Shown one piece after another: positions 22,436 to 35,924 of a stretch of 41,446 nt of DNA. Made by a program: the position numbers and the translations under genes. The DNA lies in the NCBI GenBank assembly GCA_032718475.1, contig JAUCBJ010002668.1, forward strand, positions 1-41,446, in the 5' to 3' direction. Source of the stretch: Nemertoderma westbladi. Its lineage: Eukaryota > Animalia > Xenacoelomorpha. Every line of letters begins with the position of its first letter. The first letter of the stretch is position 1. The notes under the pieces were generated by a model. The model was not told where the DNA came from and did no database searches. It was given only the letters and a program-made list of their open reading frames with translations.

Positions 22436-25400
22436 GTGCGTCTTAAATCTTATCTATCATGTCATCTATCTATCATCTAACCATGTTAAACCAGTCAAGA
22501 TTTTACAAAGTTTTAAGAGAATGAGAGACATTCAAGTTGAAACTTAAAAGTGGTCGTAATTTAAAATGGGTTATCAAAATAAAGACCGGCTTCGATGAAT
22601 ATGGGATGGGCTGGGCTTGGGGGGGGGGGGGGGGGGGTCATGTACAATAGGCTCGGTCGAAAAATAGCTTTTACTCCAAATAAGATTGGCATAACAATGA
22701 TCGATTTGGTGGATGTAGACACTATCAGAATGAGAGTCGAGTTAAAAACAAATCATTCATTATTTATTTCCATAAATCAAACAAAATGTTTAAACATATT
22801 ATACCGACGATCCTCGGATGAGTACAAAACAAAGACCAAAGACACAATTATAAAGACCTGCAATTTCTTGTAACATGTTAACTTTCGTTTATTGTTTTGG
22901 TTCCCCCAACACGCCTCTGTAGTGTAACCTGCTCCTTTACTAACCTGCACCCTTAAATGGCAATGGGACCTAACGTTCTTTGGAGGACCTAATGATACTT
23001 TACGGCTCTTTGTTTTGTACTCACCCGACGATCCTCGTAACAATAGTCTGCAACTGAGAGTCTGTAACTAAGAGTCTGTTTATTTTGGTAGAATATTTGA
23101 TTATTTTGGGGGAATAAGTATTTATTTTGGGGGAATATGTATTTATTTTGGGGGAATATGTATTTATTTTGGGGGATTATGTGATTTATTTTGTGAGGAT
23201 TATGTATGTATTTATTTTGGGGGATTATGTCACATTTAATTGTGGGGGAATTTGTATTTATTTTGAGGGAACATGTATTTATTATGGGAAAATTTGTATT
23301 TATTTTGGGAAAATTTGTATTTATTTTGGTATTTATTTAACTTACACATAAAGAAACTCATCTGTTAGTTACGACAAAGATACGGCAAAAAGTGTGCTGC
23401 GAAGAAAGCGAAATGGCACAACAGCAAAATGCACAAGGTGGTCAACAACAGGACCAAAACTTTGATTATATGTTCAAAATATTAATTATTGGAAATTCAT
23501 CTGTCGGGAAAACCTCGTTTTTATTTCGGTGCGTCTTAAATCTTATCTATCATGTCATCTATCTATCATCTAACCATGTTAAACCAGTCAAGATTTTACA
23601 AAGTTTTAAGAGAATGAGAGACATTCAAGTTGAAACTTAAAAGTGGTCGTAATTTAAAATGGGTTATCAAAATAAAGACCGGCTTCGATGAATATGGGAT
23701 GGGCTGGGCTTGGGGGGGGGGGGGGGGGGGGGGTCATGTACAATAGGCTCGGTCGAAAAATAGCTTTTACTCCAAATAAGATTGGCATAACAATGATCGA
23801 TTTGGTGGATGTAGACACTATCAGAATGAGAGTCGAGTTAAAAACAAATCATTCATTATTTATTTCCATAAATCAAACAAAATGTTTAATCATATTATAT
23901 CGACAATCCTCGGCTGAGTACAAAACAAAGACCCAATTATAAAGACCTGCATAATCTTGTAACATGTTAACTTTCGTTTATTGTTTTGGTTCCCCCAACA
24001 CGCCTCTGTAACCTGCTCCTTTACTAACCTGCTCCTTTAAATGACAATGGGACCTAAAGCTCTTTTGGGACCTAACGCTCTTTGGGACCAAATGCGAGTT
24101 TACCTATTTGTTTTGTACAGAACGGGCAGTAAAATCTGGGGTCTTTCTTTTGTACTCACCCGACGATCCTCGTACCAATAGTCTGCAACTGAGAGTCTAG
24201 TTTATTTCGGTAGAATATTTGATTATTTTGGGGGAATAAGTATTTATTTTGGGGGAATAGTTTACTATTTTGGGGGAATAAGTATTTATTTTGGGGGATT
24301 ATGTATTTATTTTGGAGGATTATGTATATATTTATTATGGGGGATTATGTATTTAATTTGGGGGAATATGTATTTATTTTGAGGGAACATGTATTTATTA
24401 TGGGAAAATTTGTATTTATTTTGGGAAAATTTGTATTTATTTTGGAAAAATTTATATTTATTTTGGGAAAATTGTATTAATTTTGGGAAAATTTGTATTT
24501 ATATTGGGAACATTTGTATTTATTTATGTTTTTATGTAATTTTTTTGTTATTTATGTTTATATTTATATTATTATACAACTTTTGCTAACGAAAATGGTG
24601 CTTTAGTAGTTCTCTATATTATGATTTTGCACAATAATGTGGAGATTATCAGCTCAAGATTAGGAAACGAACGGGTCTGAAATATTTGCCAGGACCGGGG
24701 CTGAGTTTATTAATACGGTTGAATTTATGCCCAAAGATTTACTACTACCCTATGGAATGTTATATTAATAAAAAAATGTAGAGAACAATCCCAATAATTT
24801 CTGATAGTATTGCCTCACATGAGTCGGGTGGAGGGCGAGATTAATTATTTCTATTTGGTATTAAAATAATAGGAACAAATGTGATTTCTAAAATATATAT
24901 TTATTTCTTATTGGTGGGAATTGGTAGAATGTAAGATATCAGTAAACCCGGCAAACAGAGCAGGGGCCGGTTGTTTCCTTCTCAACATTCATAATGATTT
25001 CTTTAATTTTCCCCTAGGTACGCCGACAATAGTTTCAGTTCGGCTTTCGTTAGCACTGTTGGGATCGATTTTAAAGTAAAAACGGTTATGCGGCAAGGAA
25101 AAAAAGTGAAGCTTCAAATATGGGACACAGCTGGACAAGAAAGGTTGGTTTACTAACTATATGGGACACAGAGGGACAAGAAAGGTTGGTAGAATAACCA
25201 ATAACTATATGGATAAAATATATGAAAGTCGAGCCATAGTATACCTCCTACCGTACCCGTACCATACCCTTGCCGTACTATTCATTGTGTTGCCGTACCC
25301 TTTACACATTACTACAAAATTACTTAATATGTGAATTATACCAAAGCCTTTCCAACCCCTGCATTATGTTACAGAAAATTAATTCTGGTACCGGATATCA

Positions 25401-28400
25401 ACCAAGATATCTATCAGCTTGGCAAAAGATAAAGGCGTAACCTGGATTAATGAATGCTACATTCCCCGCCCTTACAGCCTCTTTCAAGTTCAGTTTCGGA
25501 AGAATTTTAATTTTTGGGCATTTAGGAATTTTCAAATTTCTTTCAAAATATCCCAAAGCCACACATCACACCTTCTAGTAAATATAATTTTGTTTATAAA
25601 TCGAATGTAATTAACCATACAGGTTTAGTTATTATTACATTTTCCGATATTAAAATCTGTACTTCACAGAGAGCAACTATTCTAAACTTACTGACAATAT
25701 AGTAAGGGGTATCAATAAAGTTAGAACCTTATTCTACATATTTCGTTGTTTATGCAGTCAAGGGAAGCTGCGTGTATGCCCACAAACATGTTAATATTTA
25801 GCAAACGTGCAGCTAGGCTCTAAACGCTATATTTACTGCTTTTATAGGTACCGAACAATAACCACTGCTTACTACCGAGGAGCTATGGGATTTATACTTA
25901 TGTACGACATTACCAATGAGGACTCATTCAACGCTGTACAGGACTGGGTCACACAAATAAAAACCTATTCATGGGATAATGCACAAGTCATATTAGGTGT
26001 GTAAATCGATTAAATAATAATTTATAAAGATTAAAAGTATCAACAAACGGGGTAAGTTTGTGCATTGATTAATTATACACCACTATGTTTAATAAATAAT
26101 TATATAGGAAATTAATTAATTACTCTGGTCTAGTTCTTTTGGTTTAATCTAATACATTTTAATGTCATTTTAATGTTTAATTTTCCCTTAAAAGGGAAAG
26201 GAGCAGGTTACCTCGCCAAGCCTCGTTACGCCCGATCTCATCAGTTGTTCGCCGTAATATATAGGTGACAACAAGGTGAAAAGAATCTTTACTTTTAAAC
26301 TTTGTGCTCAAATTAAGCACACTTATCCTTAAATAAGAACCCTCTTTCGGTGCTAATTTATCTTAATTAAACGAACCTTAAATTAAATAAAAGATTACCG
26401 GTACATTTAGTATGAGTCATTAGGCCTACTAAAATATAGTCTAAAAGTGAATATATAATTTTGTTGAAGCGGAGGGTTAAATAAAATATTTAAAGATATT
26501 ATTATAAACTTAAAAGTGAATAAGTTTTTTGTAGAGTAAAAAATATGTGTGAAAAAATATTAATTTGAATTTTATGTTGTACAAGATAAATATATATTTA
26601 TACTTTGAAAATCACTGATCTCTGGGTAAAATAACTGTTTTCAATACCCGGGAACCAGAGACCTATCCAGAGACCAAAAAACTGCCCGGAGAATCCAGAG
26701 ATCAGTGACAATTCTCTGTTTCAACTCTAGTATGTAATATAGTTTTTGTTGGACTATTAATAATTTACTGTAATTATTTTTTTCAATATGTACGTTATAT
26801 TCGTTTTAAGTTAGCGTAGTGATTTTTGTGTAATATTGTATTTGTAACCACGTAACATAAAGGGAACACCTTTATGTTACTAAGGTGAGCCCTTTATAAG
26901 CTTGTCCATGTAACCACTAACCATACGGAGCTTACCTATGTAACCACTGACCATACAGAGCTTACTGATGTAACCACAGACCATACAGAGCTTACTGATG
27001 TAACCACTGACCATACAGAGCTTACTCTTGTAAACACAAACCATACCGAGCTAACTGATGTACCCACTAACCATACAGAGCTTGAGCTTACCCATGTAAC
27101 CACTAACCATATACGGAGCTTACCTATGTAACCACAGACCATACAGAGCTTACTGATGTAACCACAGACCATACAGAGCTTACTGATGTAACCACTGACC
27201 ATACAGAGCTTACTCTTGTAAACACAAACCATACCGAGCTAACTGATGTACCCACTAACCATACAGAGCTTGAGCTTACCCATGTAACCACTAACCATAT
27301 ACGGAGCTTACACATGTAACCACCAACTATACAGACCTTACCCATGTAACCACCAACCATACAGAGCTTGAGCTTACACATGTAACCACTAACTATACAG
27401 ACCTTACCCATGTAACCACCAACCATACAGAGCTTGAGCTTACCCATGAACCACCAACCATACAGAGCTTACCCATGTAACCACTAACCATAAAGAGCTT
27501 ACCCATGTAACCACTAACAATACAGAGCTTCTGCATGTTACCACTAACCATACAGAGCTTACCCATGCAACCACTAACCATAAATAGCTTACTGATGTAA
27601 ACACTAACCATACAGAGATTACTCATGTAACGACTAACTATACAGAGCTTGCCCATGTAACCACGAACCACACGGAGCTTACAGATGTAACCACTAACCA
27701 TAGGGAGCTTACTCATGAAACCACTAACCATAGGGAGCTTGAGCTTACCCATGAACCACCAACCATACAGAGCTTACCCATGTAACCACTAACCATAAAG
27801 AGCTTACCCATGTAACCACTAACAATACAGAGCTTCTACATGTTACCACTAACCATACAGAGCTTACCCATGCAACCACTAACCATAAATAGCTTACTGA
27901 TGTAAACACTAACCATAAAGAGCTTACCCATGTAACCACTAACAATACAGAGCTTCTGCATGTTACCACTAACCATACAGAGCTTACCCATGCAACCACT
28001 AACCATAAATAGCTTACTGATGTAAACACTAACCATACAGAGATTACTCATGTAACCACTAACTATACAGAGGTTGCCCATGTAACCACGAACCACACGG
28101 AGCTTACAGATGTAACCACTAATCATAGGGAGCTTACTCATGAAACCACTAACCATAGGGAGCTTGAGCTTACTCATGAACCACCAACCATACAGAGCTT
28201 ACCCATGTAACCACTAACCATAAAGAGCTTACCCATGTAACCACTAACAATACAGAGCTTCTACATGTTACCACTAACCATACAGAGCTTACCCATGCAA
28301 CCACTAACCATAAATAGCTTACTGATGTAAACACTAACCATACAGAGATTACTCATGTAACCACTAACTATACAGAGCTTGCCCATGTAATCACGAACCA

Positions 28401-31400
28401 CACGGAGCTTACAGATGTAACCACTAACCATAGGGAGCTTACTCATGAAACCACTAACCATAGGGAGCTTGAGCATACCCATGAACCACCAACCATACAG
28501 AGCTTACCCATGTAACCACTAACCATAAAGAGCTTACCCATGTAACCACTAACAATACAGAGCTTCTGCATGTTACCACTAACCATACAGAGCTTACCCA
28601 TGCAACCACTAACCATAAATAGCTTACTGATGTAAACACTAACCATACAGAGATTACTCATGTAACCACTAACAATACAGACCTTGCCCATGTAACCACT
28701 AACTATACAGAGCTTACTGATGTAACCACTAACCATACAACGCTTACTGATGTAACCACTAATCATACAGAGCTTACTCATGTAACCACTAACAATACAG
28801 AGCTTACCCATGTAATCACTAACCATAAAGAGCTTACCCATGTAACCAATACCCATTTAGAGCTTACTGATGTAACCACTAACCATACAGAGGTTACCCA
28901 TTTAACCACTAACCATACAGAGCTTACTCATGTAAGCACATTCCTCTTGTCATTGTAGCCACTAAATATTATACAGAGGTAGTATATGTAACCACTAACA
29001 CTAACCATTACAAAGAGCTTGCAAACGTAACCACTATCCATAGCACAGAACAACTGATTGATTAATTTTAATTGAGTGAAGTATATATCATTTTGTTCAG
29101 ACAACATGAGCTGACAGCAATCTGCTGTCACAATACGCCACCATGTGCCGGTAGAATGATGAAAAGCAGAACTAATCAACCCGCAGCAAACGGGGATGTT
29201 ATTTGAAACAAATTAACTTTTAGATAGGAAGCTATAGTGATTGAATAGGGAAAGCGACTAAGCCGCATTAACGTTAAGGAGTGAAGATGGGGGGGGGGGG
29301 GGGGGGGTAGGGGAGGAGGGATGGGGGATATAAGGAAGAGGCAATAAGAGAATGCTATCCGCCTGCTGTGGAGTTCAATGCATCGGAGAGTGGATGGGGA
29401 TGAACCGTCGTAAGGGCGAGGAGTTAATAAGGAAGGATTCCTGAGGAAACGCGAAGAGATTAAAGGACAATCGTTTAACTCCACATCAAATAAATGGGAA
29501 CGGCAGGTCGTCAGCATTAATATCGGATCTTCCACACTCTGTGTCAGAGATTTTATTATAATTAGTGTGAAAATCAGCTTTTTGTAATATGGGGTCAGGA
29601 TATGTCCTATCGGCGAATTGAATGTTGAAATCTACCTATAATACAAAGTCAGTCAGTATATTAGCAAACGAGCCAATTAAGGCTATTGTTGGATTGCACA
29701 GAAACCGGAGCACTGTTTGTTGTACTGGTAGGACAATAATACAATAATTGGATAATTTAATTATGTGAATAATATACGCACCATGCAAGAAACCTATCTT
29801 AGATATCTTAGAAATAAACAATGGGGAGATATTCTAAAAAAAATTGTTAATTATATCAATAAATGGTAGTGGGGCGAGCCAAAACTGCGAGCCATCAGCG
29901 AACGGTTATAATTATTCTAGGGCTGTTTTCCAAATGTTTCTGTTGTGTGTGTTTCCAGCGCAGTTAGCATAAATTATTATTTAAATCTATCTATCAAAAT
30001 GCTTTCAGATAATTCAATTACATATGCGGTAATTTTAATGTAACATCCATTAGTATTATGAAAAACCGACAAAGGAAAAATATAAATTCAAATTAAAAAA
30101 TAAAAATTCAAATATTTCATGATATTTATAAAATTTTTTTCATCTTATTATCCTAGTTGGTAATAAATCTGACATGGAACACGAAAGACGTTGCCACAAG
30201 CAAAGGGGTAAACAGCTGGGAGACCAGCTGGGTCTTCAGTTCTTCGAAACTAGTGCGAAAGACGACGTCTACGTCACCGAAGTCTTCGATTGCCTAGTCG
30301 ATGCCATATTCGATCAAATGTCGGAAAGTTTAAAGCAGGTTCGTTAGTAAATTAATTAATATATTTAAATGCACATGCAGCAATAATTATATGAACAGGT
30401 AAGAGTGCAGAAACTCAAAATGCACCCCGCTCCAGGGATAAATCGAAGCAATTAGGACCTGATAGCGAGAGCAAATGAAAATGTCACATGTTCTATTGAC
30501 TCTCGCTTATTTTTTGGTGGGACTAAATCAGACAATCAATTAATATAAAATGGTTAAATTCACTAATTCACACGAGGACTGCCTAATCTTGTGGCTCTCC
30601 CCATCCCATAATAGAATATTTGTCGCACATAAATCTGCTATTCGACGATGGTTTACGCTCCTACTGTAGTTGTTATCCATAAACGACTGTTCAGATCGAT
30701 ATTGAAGGGAAGGCTAGCATTTCCATTCCTTCTGCCATAAGGAATATTACCGCCCATGGCATTATTGTACTGCTAATGCTAGCATATTATTGCGCCATCT
30801 CGTCCCAATATGCACAACTGTCAAGGGAAATCACCTAGGCCATTGCCATTACATTAGCTAATAATAATGTCACTTTACTGTACACATTCAACCACACAAC
30901 CCTCTTCTATATGACGTGTATCTCCTGTCATCATCAATCCACTTACATTATTTCCAGTTTCGTTTTTTCTGCTTTATATAAATTGAAGTAAGTGGAAGTG
31001 TCAGTAGGAATAGCAGTAATTACAGCATCATTATAAACCATATCTATGATACACACTTTTCCGCGCAGTTTCCACCATGGGCGGCGGCGCATTTGCCATG
31101 CGCGTGCATTGCATTTATAATTGCACGAATAAAATTGAATATTTTTTCACAATTGCACGTCTACTATTTTATTAAAAGGTTACTAATTGATCTATTTTTG
31201 ATAATGATATGATTTCAATGCTAAATCCATTTAAAAGTAATTACGAATGGGAATGTATGTTAAGTGAATAGCTAGCTAGCTACTCAATAGATCCAGTAAT
31301 CGATGGATTACCAGAGAGGATAGATGCATCGATTAGAAAACATTCTAGCACATATTAATCCGGGGATTGCAGCATCAGGAATCGAAGGCTTTTACCAATT

Positions 31401-32074
31401 AACCACGCCCAGTTGTCAATGCGGCCTGTTGGTTGCTGACATGAGAAGAATACACTTAATGAGTCAGTAGTGTGTTTATATCATACAGGTAAATGGCAAG
31501 TGGTGTACCATGTGCCTACCGGTATAATAGAGGGCACCTTGCACCTGGATCCTGGAACATAGTCAACAAGAATAAAGCATCATTAGCGGTGGTGATAGTG
31601 ATTGGTAGCCTACGTGTAATACATTTACCTTGACTCTCAATCTACCCCAATGATCCTGTATTCACCAGCAAGTTACTTACGAATACGACATGGTACATGT
31701 CGTATTAGTTTTACTCAATAGTTTTAATTTATGGTATACTTCAGCCTCTAACTTTTCAACAATTTTACCAACTTAAATTTAATTTTGCCATACTTCCCAA
31801 ATTTCCAAGAATTTGAAAAGATAAATTGCTAGCTTTCTTAAAAGTTGGCGTTTATGCCAATCAAAGTGAATTTGTATAAATATTGTAGCATAATGATGAT
31901 AAAGATAGCAATTTATTGATCATTAGCTATCAGGTGATAAGTAAGTATCGTACCGGTACCTAATATATTACAATACATTTATCAATATTATCTATATTTC
32001 AGGATGTTCAAAACAAAAACACACAGAGACTGACTTTAGAAAATAATGCTCAGGATTCCGGCTGTCAGTGCTAG
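22320..32074 (+). CDS. RAB3: Ras-related protein Rab-3, 214 aa; join(22320..22435 or 23413..23528, 25018..25143, 25848..25996, 30157..30338, 32003..32074)
   Basis: [26 protein letters not shown]|[30 protein letters not shown]|[25 protein letters not shown]|VGNKSD..FFETSAK..MSESLKQ|..DSGCQC*. All introns GT-AG with matching phases; exon total 645 nt; CxC prenylation motif. Confidence 0.96.
22797..23045. mobile_element. Small MITE-like element inside the duplicated unit (second copy ~23895-24180)
   Basis: Inverted repeats TGAGTACAAAACAAAGA / TCTTTGTTTTGTACTCA, extending imperfectly to ~40 bp. Confidence 0.55.
23095..23335. repeat. ~20-21-bp degenerate minisatellite (TTTTGGGGGAATATGTATTTA); second copy ~24220-24525
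   Basis: Direct inspection; sits at the duplication junction. Confidence 0.85.
23413..23528 (+). CDS. RAB3: Rab3 coding exon 1, copy B
   Basis: Identical to 22320-22435 with the same splice signals. Confidence 0.85.
25018..25143 (+). CDS. RAB3: Rab3 coding exon 2
   Basis: cccctag|[29 protein letters not shown]|gttggt. Confidence 0.95.
25848..25996 (+). CDS. RAB3: Rab3 coding exon 3
   Basis: tttatag|..[27 protein letters not shown]|gtgtgt. Confidence 0.95.
26613..26707. mobile_element. 95-bp mini inverted-repeat element
   Basis: 13-bp TIR CACTGATCTCTGG with internal CCAGAGA repeats; no TSD seen. Confidence 0.45.
26899..29040. repeat. 30-bp minisatellite (AGAGCTTACCCATGTAACCACTAACCATAC), roughly 70 units, with higher-order structure, in a Rab3 intron
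   Basis: Direct inspection; variant blocks recur at 188-bp and 305-bp periods. Confidence 0.96.
30157..30338 (+). CDS. RAB3: Rab3 coding exon 4
   Basis: tcctag|..[24 protein letters not shown]|gttcgt. Confidence 0.95.
32003..32074 (+). CDS. RAB3: Rab3 terminal coding exon
   Basis: tatttcag|[23 protein letters not shown]; AATAAA at 32343. Confidence 0.9.
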   Translation, partial: DVQNKNTQRLTLENNAQDSGCQC

Positions 32075-35000
32075 GTGGCGCTAGCGAAACCAAAGAAAGT
32101 GCAATGTAAAGGTTGTCTTGGAGAATGTTAATTCTAGAATGCACCGAGCCAGTTGGAGAAACTGTGGGATGTATAGTTAGGTACTTAATTTATAACTGAT
32201 GAATTTTAGTGCTTCAGTAGTGTTATATCAGTATGTATTGTATATCCGTATGTAAGTAAAACGTATGTTATTTACGAAAAATTAAATAGTTGTCGAGTTT
32301 AAAAATTATAGTAACAATAATGTGCATGTTTTATGGTAGTTGAATAAATAATTATCCATAGCTATTACAATTAAGTCTTTACTTCTTTTACCGTAAGTAT
32401 AAGATACATCTGTAAAATACAGAAATATTATTCATATGCAAAAAAATAATTTCAAAAATAATAGTTCATAGATTATTGACCAGGCCTTGGTGGGATGAAA
32501 TGCAGTATAATTTTAAGTAGAAAATTTCTTTTTTGAAAGCATGAAAATATAAAAAATAATAGTAAGTATTACTACGGCTGGTTGAAGGTATATAGAGAAC
32601 ATTGACAATCAGACATTAATAGCTATGGTTTTTGTCGCTATTTTTGGTTGTACGTACATACTTGATAATTTATCGTACAGTAGTGCAGTTGTGTTAATTT
32701 TATTTAGAATTTCAACAATTTTTGTTGAAGTGATCAAGGCAAAGAAAAATATTATGTCGTGAAAATGCCGAAAAGTTTCATTATATTTCAACTATATATT
32801 TAAAAATAGTTTTTTGTGTTCTGTTGATATTATTTTGCTGCAACTGGCCTTTAAGAAGGCTCTTAATAATTATATCAATAATTAATCATAAATACATTAA
32901 ATATTAATATAATTAATTAATTCATTAATTTATTAAGTTAATTTAGAAGGTGCAACACCTGTAGTGCTTTGTGTAAATAGAATAGAAAATATATATAGAA
33001 TACATATATAACATATATACTCAGCGTCAGAAATATGGAAAACGATTTCATGCATTTTTTATCTTTTTGAATTGTCTTTCCCAGAAAAAATATAATTAAT
33101 TATCGAAATGCCTTTTAAATAAATTTTTTTCTAAAGTACAGCTACAGAACTTTACAAATATTACAATCACAGTAATCACATCTAGTGTCAGAACAATGTT
33201 GTTGTAGTTTTTGGTATATTGTAATCCAATATGTGTTCAATAGATAATAAATTTACAGTAAATTTTGTTCAAAGGGGTAGTTGCGTTGTATTTGAATCCC
33301 CAATTGTATTTATTCATCCAAAAGATTTCGTAAATGGACTTCATGTACTGCCATATTATGTATTATTATACTAATTTTACTAAATTCCAAAAATAGATGA
33401 AATGAAAAAGTCAACTGGTATTTTCTATGCAACTAATAAGATGTGTATTTCTGATGGTTTAAATGGTTTCTCGGATCTAATACTAAAATTTTAATTGGAT
33501 TAATTATTATACTAGTTTATTATACTTATTCTTATGCAGGCCGATAATGAAAAATAAAATATAAAAAACTTTTATTTAATTATAAGAAAAAGGCTAAATT
33601 TTCTCGAGTTTTTAAAAACAAGAGAAAACCGAGAGTCGAAAAGCGAATTTTTCGAAATGTAATAATAATATGTAATTAAATCTCAATTGTTGTAATCTCA
33701 ATTAATATAGCTCTCGCCATACTAAGAGAGTTTTCTAAAGGTTAATAGTTTTGGGGATTCGCAACGAACCAATTGGATAATAATATATTTATTGTTTTGT
33801 TAATTGTAAATCGAATGTTAGTCGTACTGAATTATATGTTTCCCGAATGAATTGTTGGTGATGTGACTAATGGAAAAACTCTTCATTCGATTCGAATGTG
33901 TACGTGTGCCCTTAGTGGACATCATGAAAAAATCCAACACGATCTTCGTGTTATTAAAAAAATATAGATAACGTAAATCGCTTTAGAATTATTTTATTTC
34001 TTATGTCCCCTTCGGGGCTCCGTAATTATGCCTATATTATTATTATATACATAATTTGTGTACGAAATTAATATATTATACTGCTAAAGGTAAAATAATA
34101 TAAACTTTCTAATTGTATTGATTCATATGAATTATAAATCGCGAAAATGTAAAATCCCCTGCATAGAGACTCAGGCATAAAAGGGACGTCACAGCTACGG
34201 ATACCCGAGAGGCCGCCACTAATTAGATCAATAATAATAGCCATTCGAATGGCTTGTATGCCTCCTACATTGGGTGTATACAATAGTTCCTGTCCCACTG
34301 TAAATGATAACCTATCCATAAGATGGACTAACTTATATTGACGGAGTGTCGGATATACAATAGAAATCAAATTTACCGATATCGAAACGGGTCCAAGTCT
34401 CGAGAAAATAAATTAAATAAATAATAATGTCGATTTTACATCACGTCACTGTCACTGTCCTTTAAAGCGGCAAAAAGAGCAACTTTTATGCGAAATTTAA
34501 AAGGTGGTCAAATAGACAAGTCTTATATCATTCGATAGCTTTTCTTGTGCTGAAAATGAATCTGTTAATAAAACTGCTACAGGTTTTGTAAAGTTATTAA
34601 GCTAAAACTAAAATTTTCACCCAAAGTCAACAAATTTCATGTAGAACGTGATATTAAATGTTAAAACTTAAAATTAAATTTTAAATTTGGATATACCGGT
34701 ACTATCGTCAAAGTCAACTTATGTCAAAGTTGTATTTTACAGTTGGTTACTAAGGTAATTCTCTGTCTACAATATAGTTGGAAAGCGTGAGTAAAGTAAT
34801 AAGATAAATTAATATTATCATAAGATCATATTTTTATGTGCACAATAATAATTCTGACCCGTACAATTCCACCACGGAAGATTCCGCATTGGATAATTCC
34901 GTACATGAAATAATTATCTCTGACAATTCTATAAAAATAAATTACTTATTACATGGGAATAAAAATATCCAACGAATTTTCCCGAAGTTTATTCTAAAAT

Positions 35001-35924
35001 TGGTACTTTCTTGCTAATTAATTCTTTAATAAAAGATTGAACGAAGTAGAGTATTTTAGTAATTACAACGATTCCAATTTTTGTACTCTCTAACTGCTGT
35101 CTTTCTCAATGTTAAATAATTTAATGTTCTGGAATATTTATTAATTTAAGTAAAGAGCAGCTAAACTACAACTACAAACCAATATTGGGTATTAATTGAG
35201 TTATATTTTGAAATACGCCTCACAGACACCAATGTGACAGTTTTGAGTGTATGCATGAATGTACTGATAAATAAGGATATCCTCTGGTTTTCTTCTGGTT
35301 TTTGGATATTTTCGGACGAAAAAGTATCAATTTAAGAAAAAAAAATCAATTTAAGAAGAAAAAAAAACGCTATGAATCCATCCACCGTGTTCAGTTTTAT
35401 TCCAGTTATCATTACATTGAAAAAATAGAAACTAACCTTTCAGGTGATATTTTGAATACAAAAAGCGCGCCGTGTGTATTTCATTGTCTAAGTTTATATG
35501 TACTATAGTTTTCTTAGAAATACATCCAAAAGCATTATTTGGCCAGGAACAAGTCCAGCAGCGAGATCAGTTCTGGTTTTGTATTGATGTGATCCTCGAA
35601 AAAAATGCCACCCAAGACGAGAAACATTGTTGCAAATTTCATTTTTCTTTTTTGAATCGGGATTACCAGTTACAACTCTCGCGATCCCAAGTTATGGGAG
35701 CGGGATTGCAAGTTTGAATTCAATTTATAAATTCACGAAACGTGTTTTTGGCCTCTTTTTATCACTTCATATCACAGTGCCAAAACATTAGTAAGATAAA
35801 ATTACGCCACTAATTGAATGCCACCCCAAATTAGATGATTTAACACCAAAATAAATTATTTTGCACCAAATATAATTGTTTGTAGCACCAATTCACATCC
35901 CCCAATTTTGAATATCCCTCTCAC

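Larger units (their letters stand above)
22246..24525 (+). repeat. Tandem duplication (offset 1093 bp) containing Rab3 coding exon 1
   Basis: 22246-23338 repeats from 23339. The first ~550 bp look identical apart from G-run length; the rest carries substitutions and indels. Confidence 0.95.

Noticed and set aside
26936-28856. Repetitive ORFs ([10 protein letters not shown]..., VSSVWLVV...)
   Set aside because: Translations of a 30-bp minisatellite, fragmented across frames, inside a Rab3 intron.
34068-34370. 100-aa minus-strand ORF in a GC-richer patch
   Set aside because: Non-ATG start, no motif and no clear splice signals.
35530-35720. Possible degraded Tc1/mariner fragment on the minus strand (KFATMFLVLGGIF)
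   Set aside because: Resemblance too short; no catalytic motifs or TIRs found.
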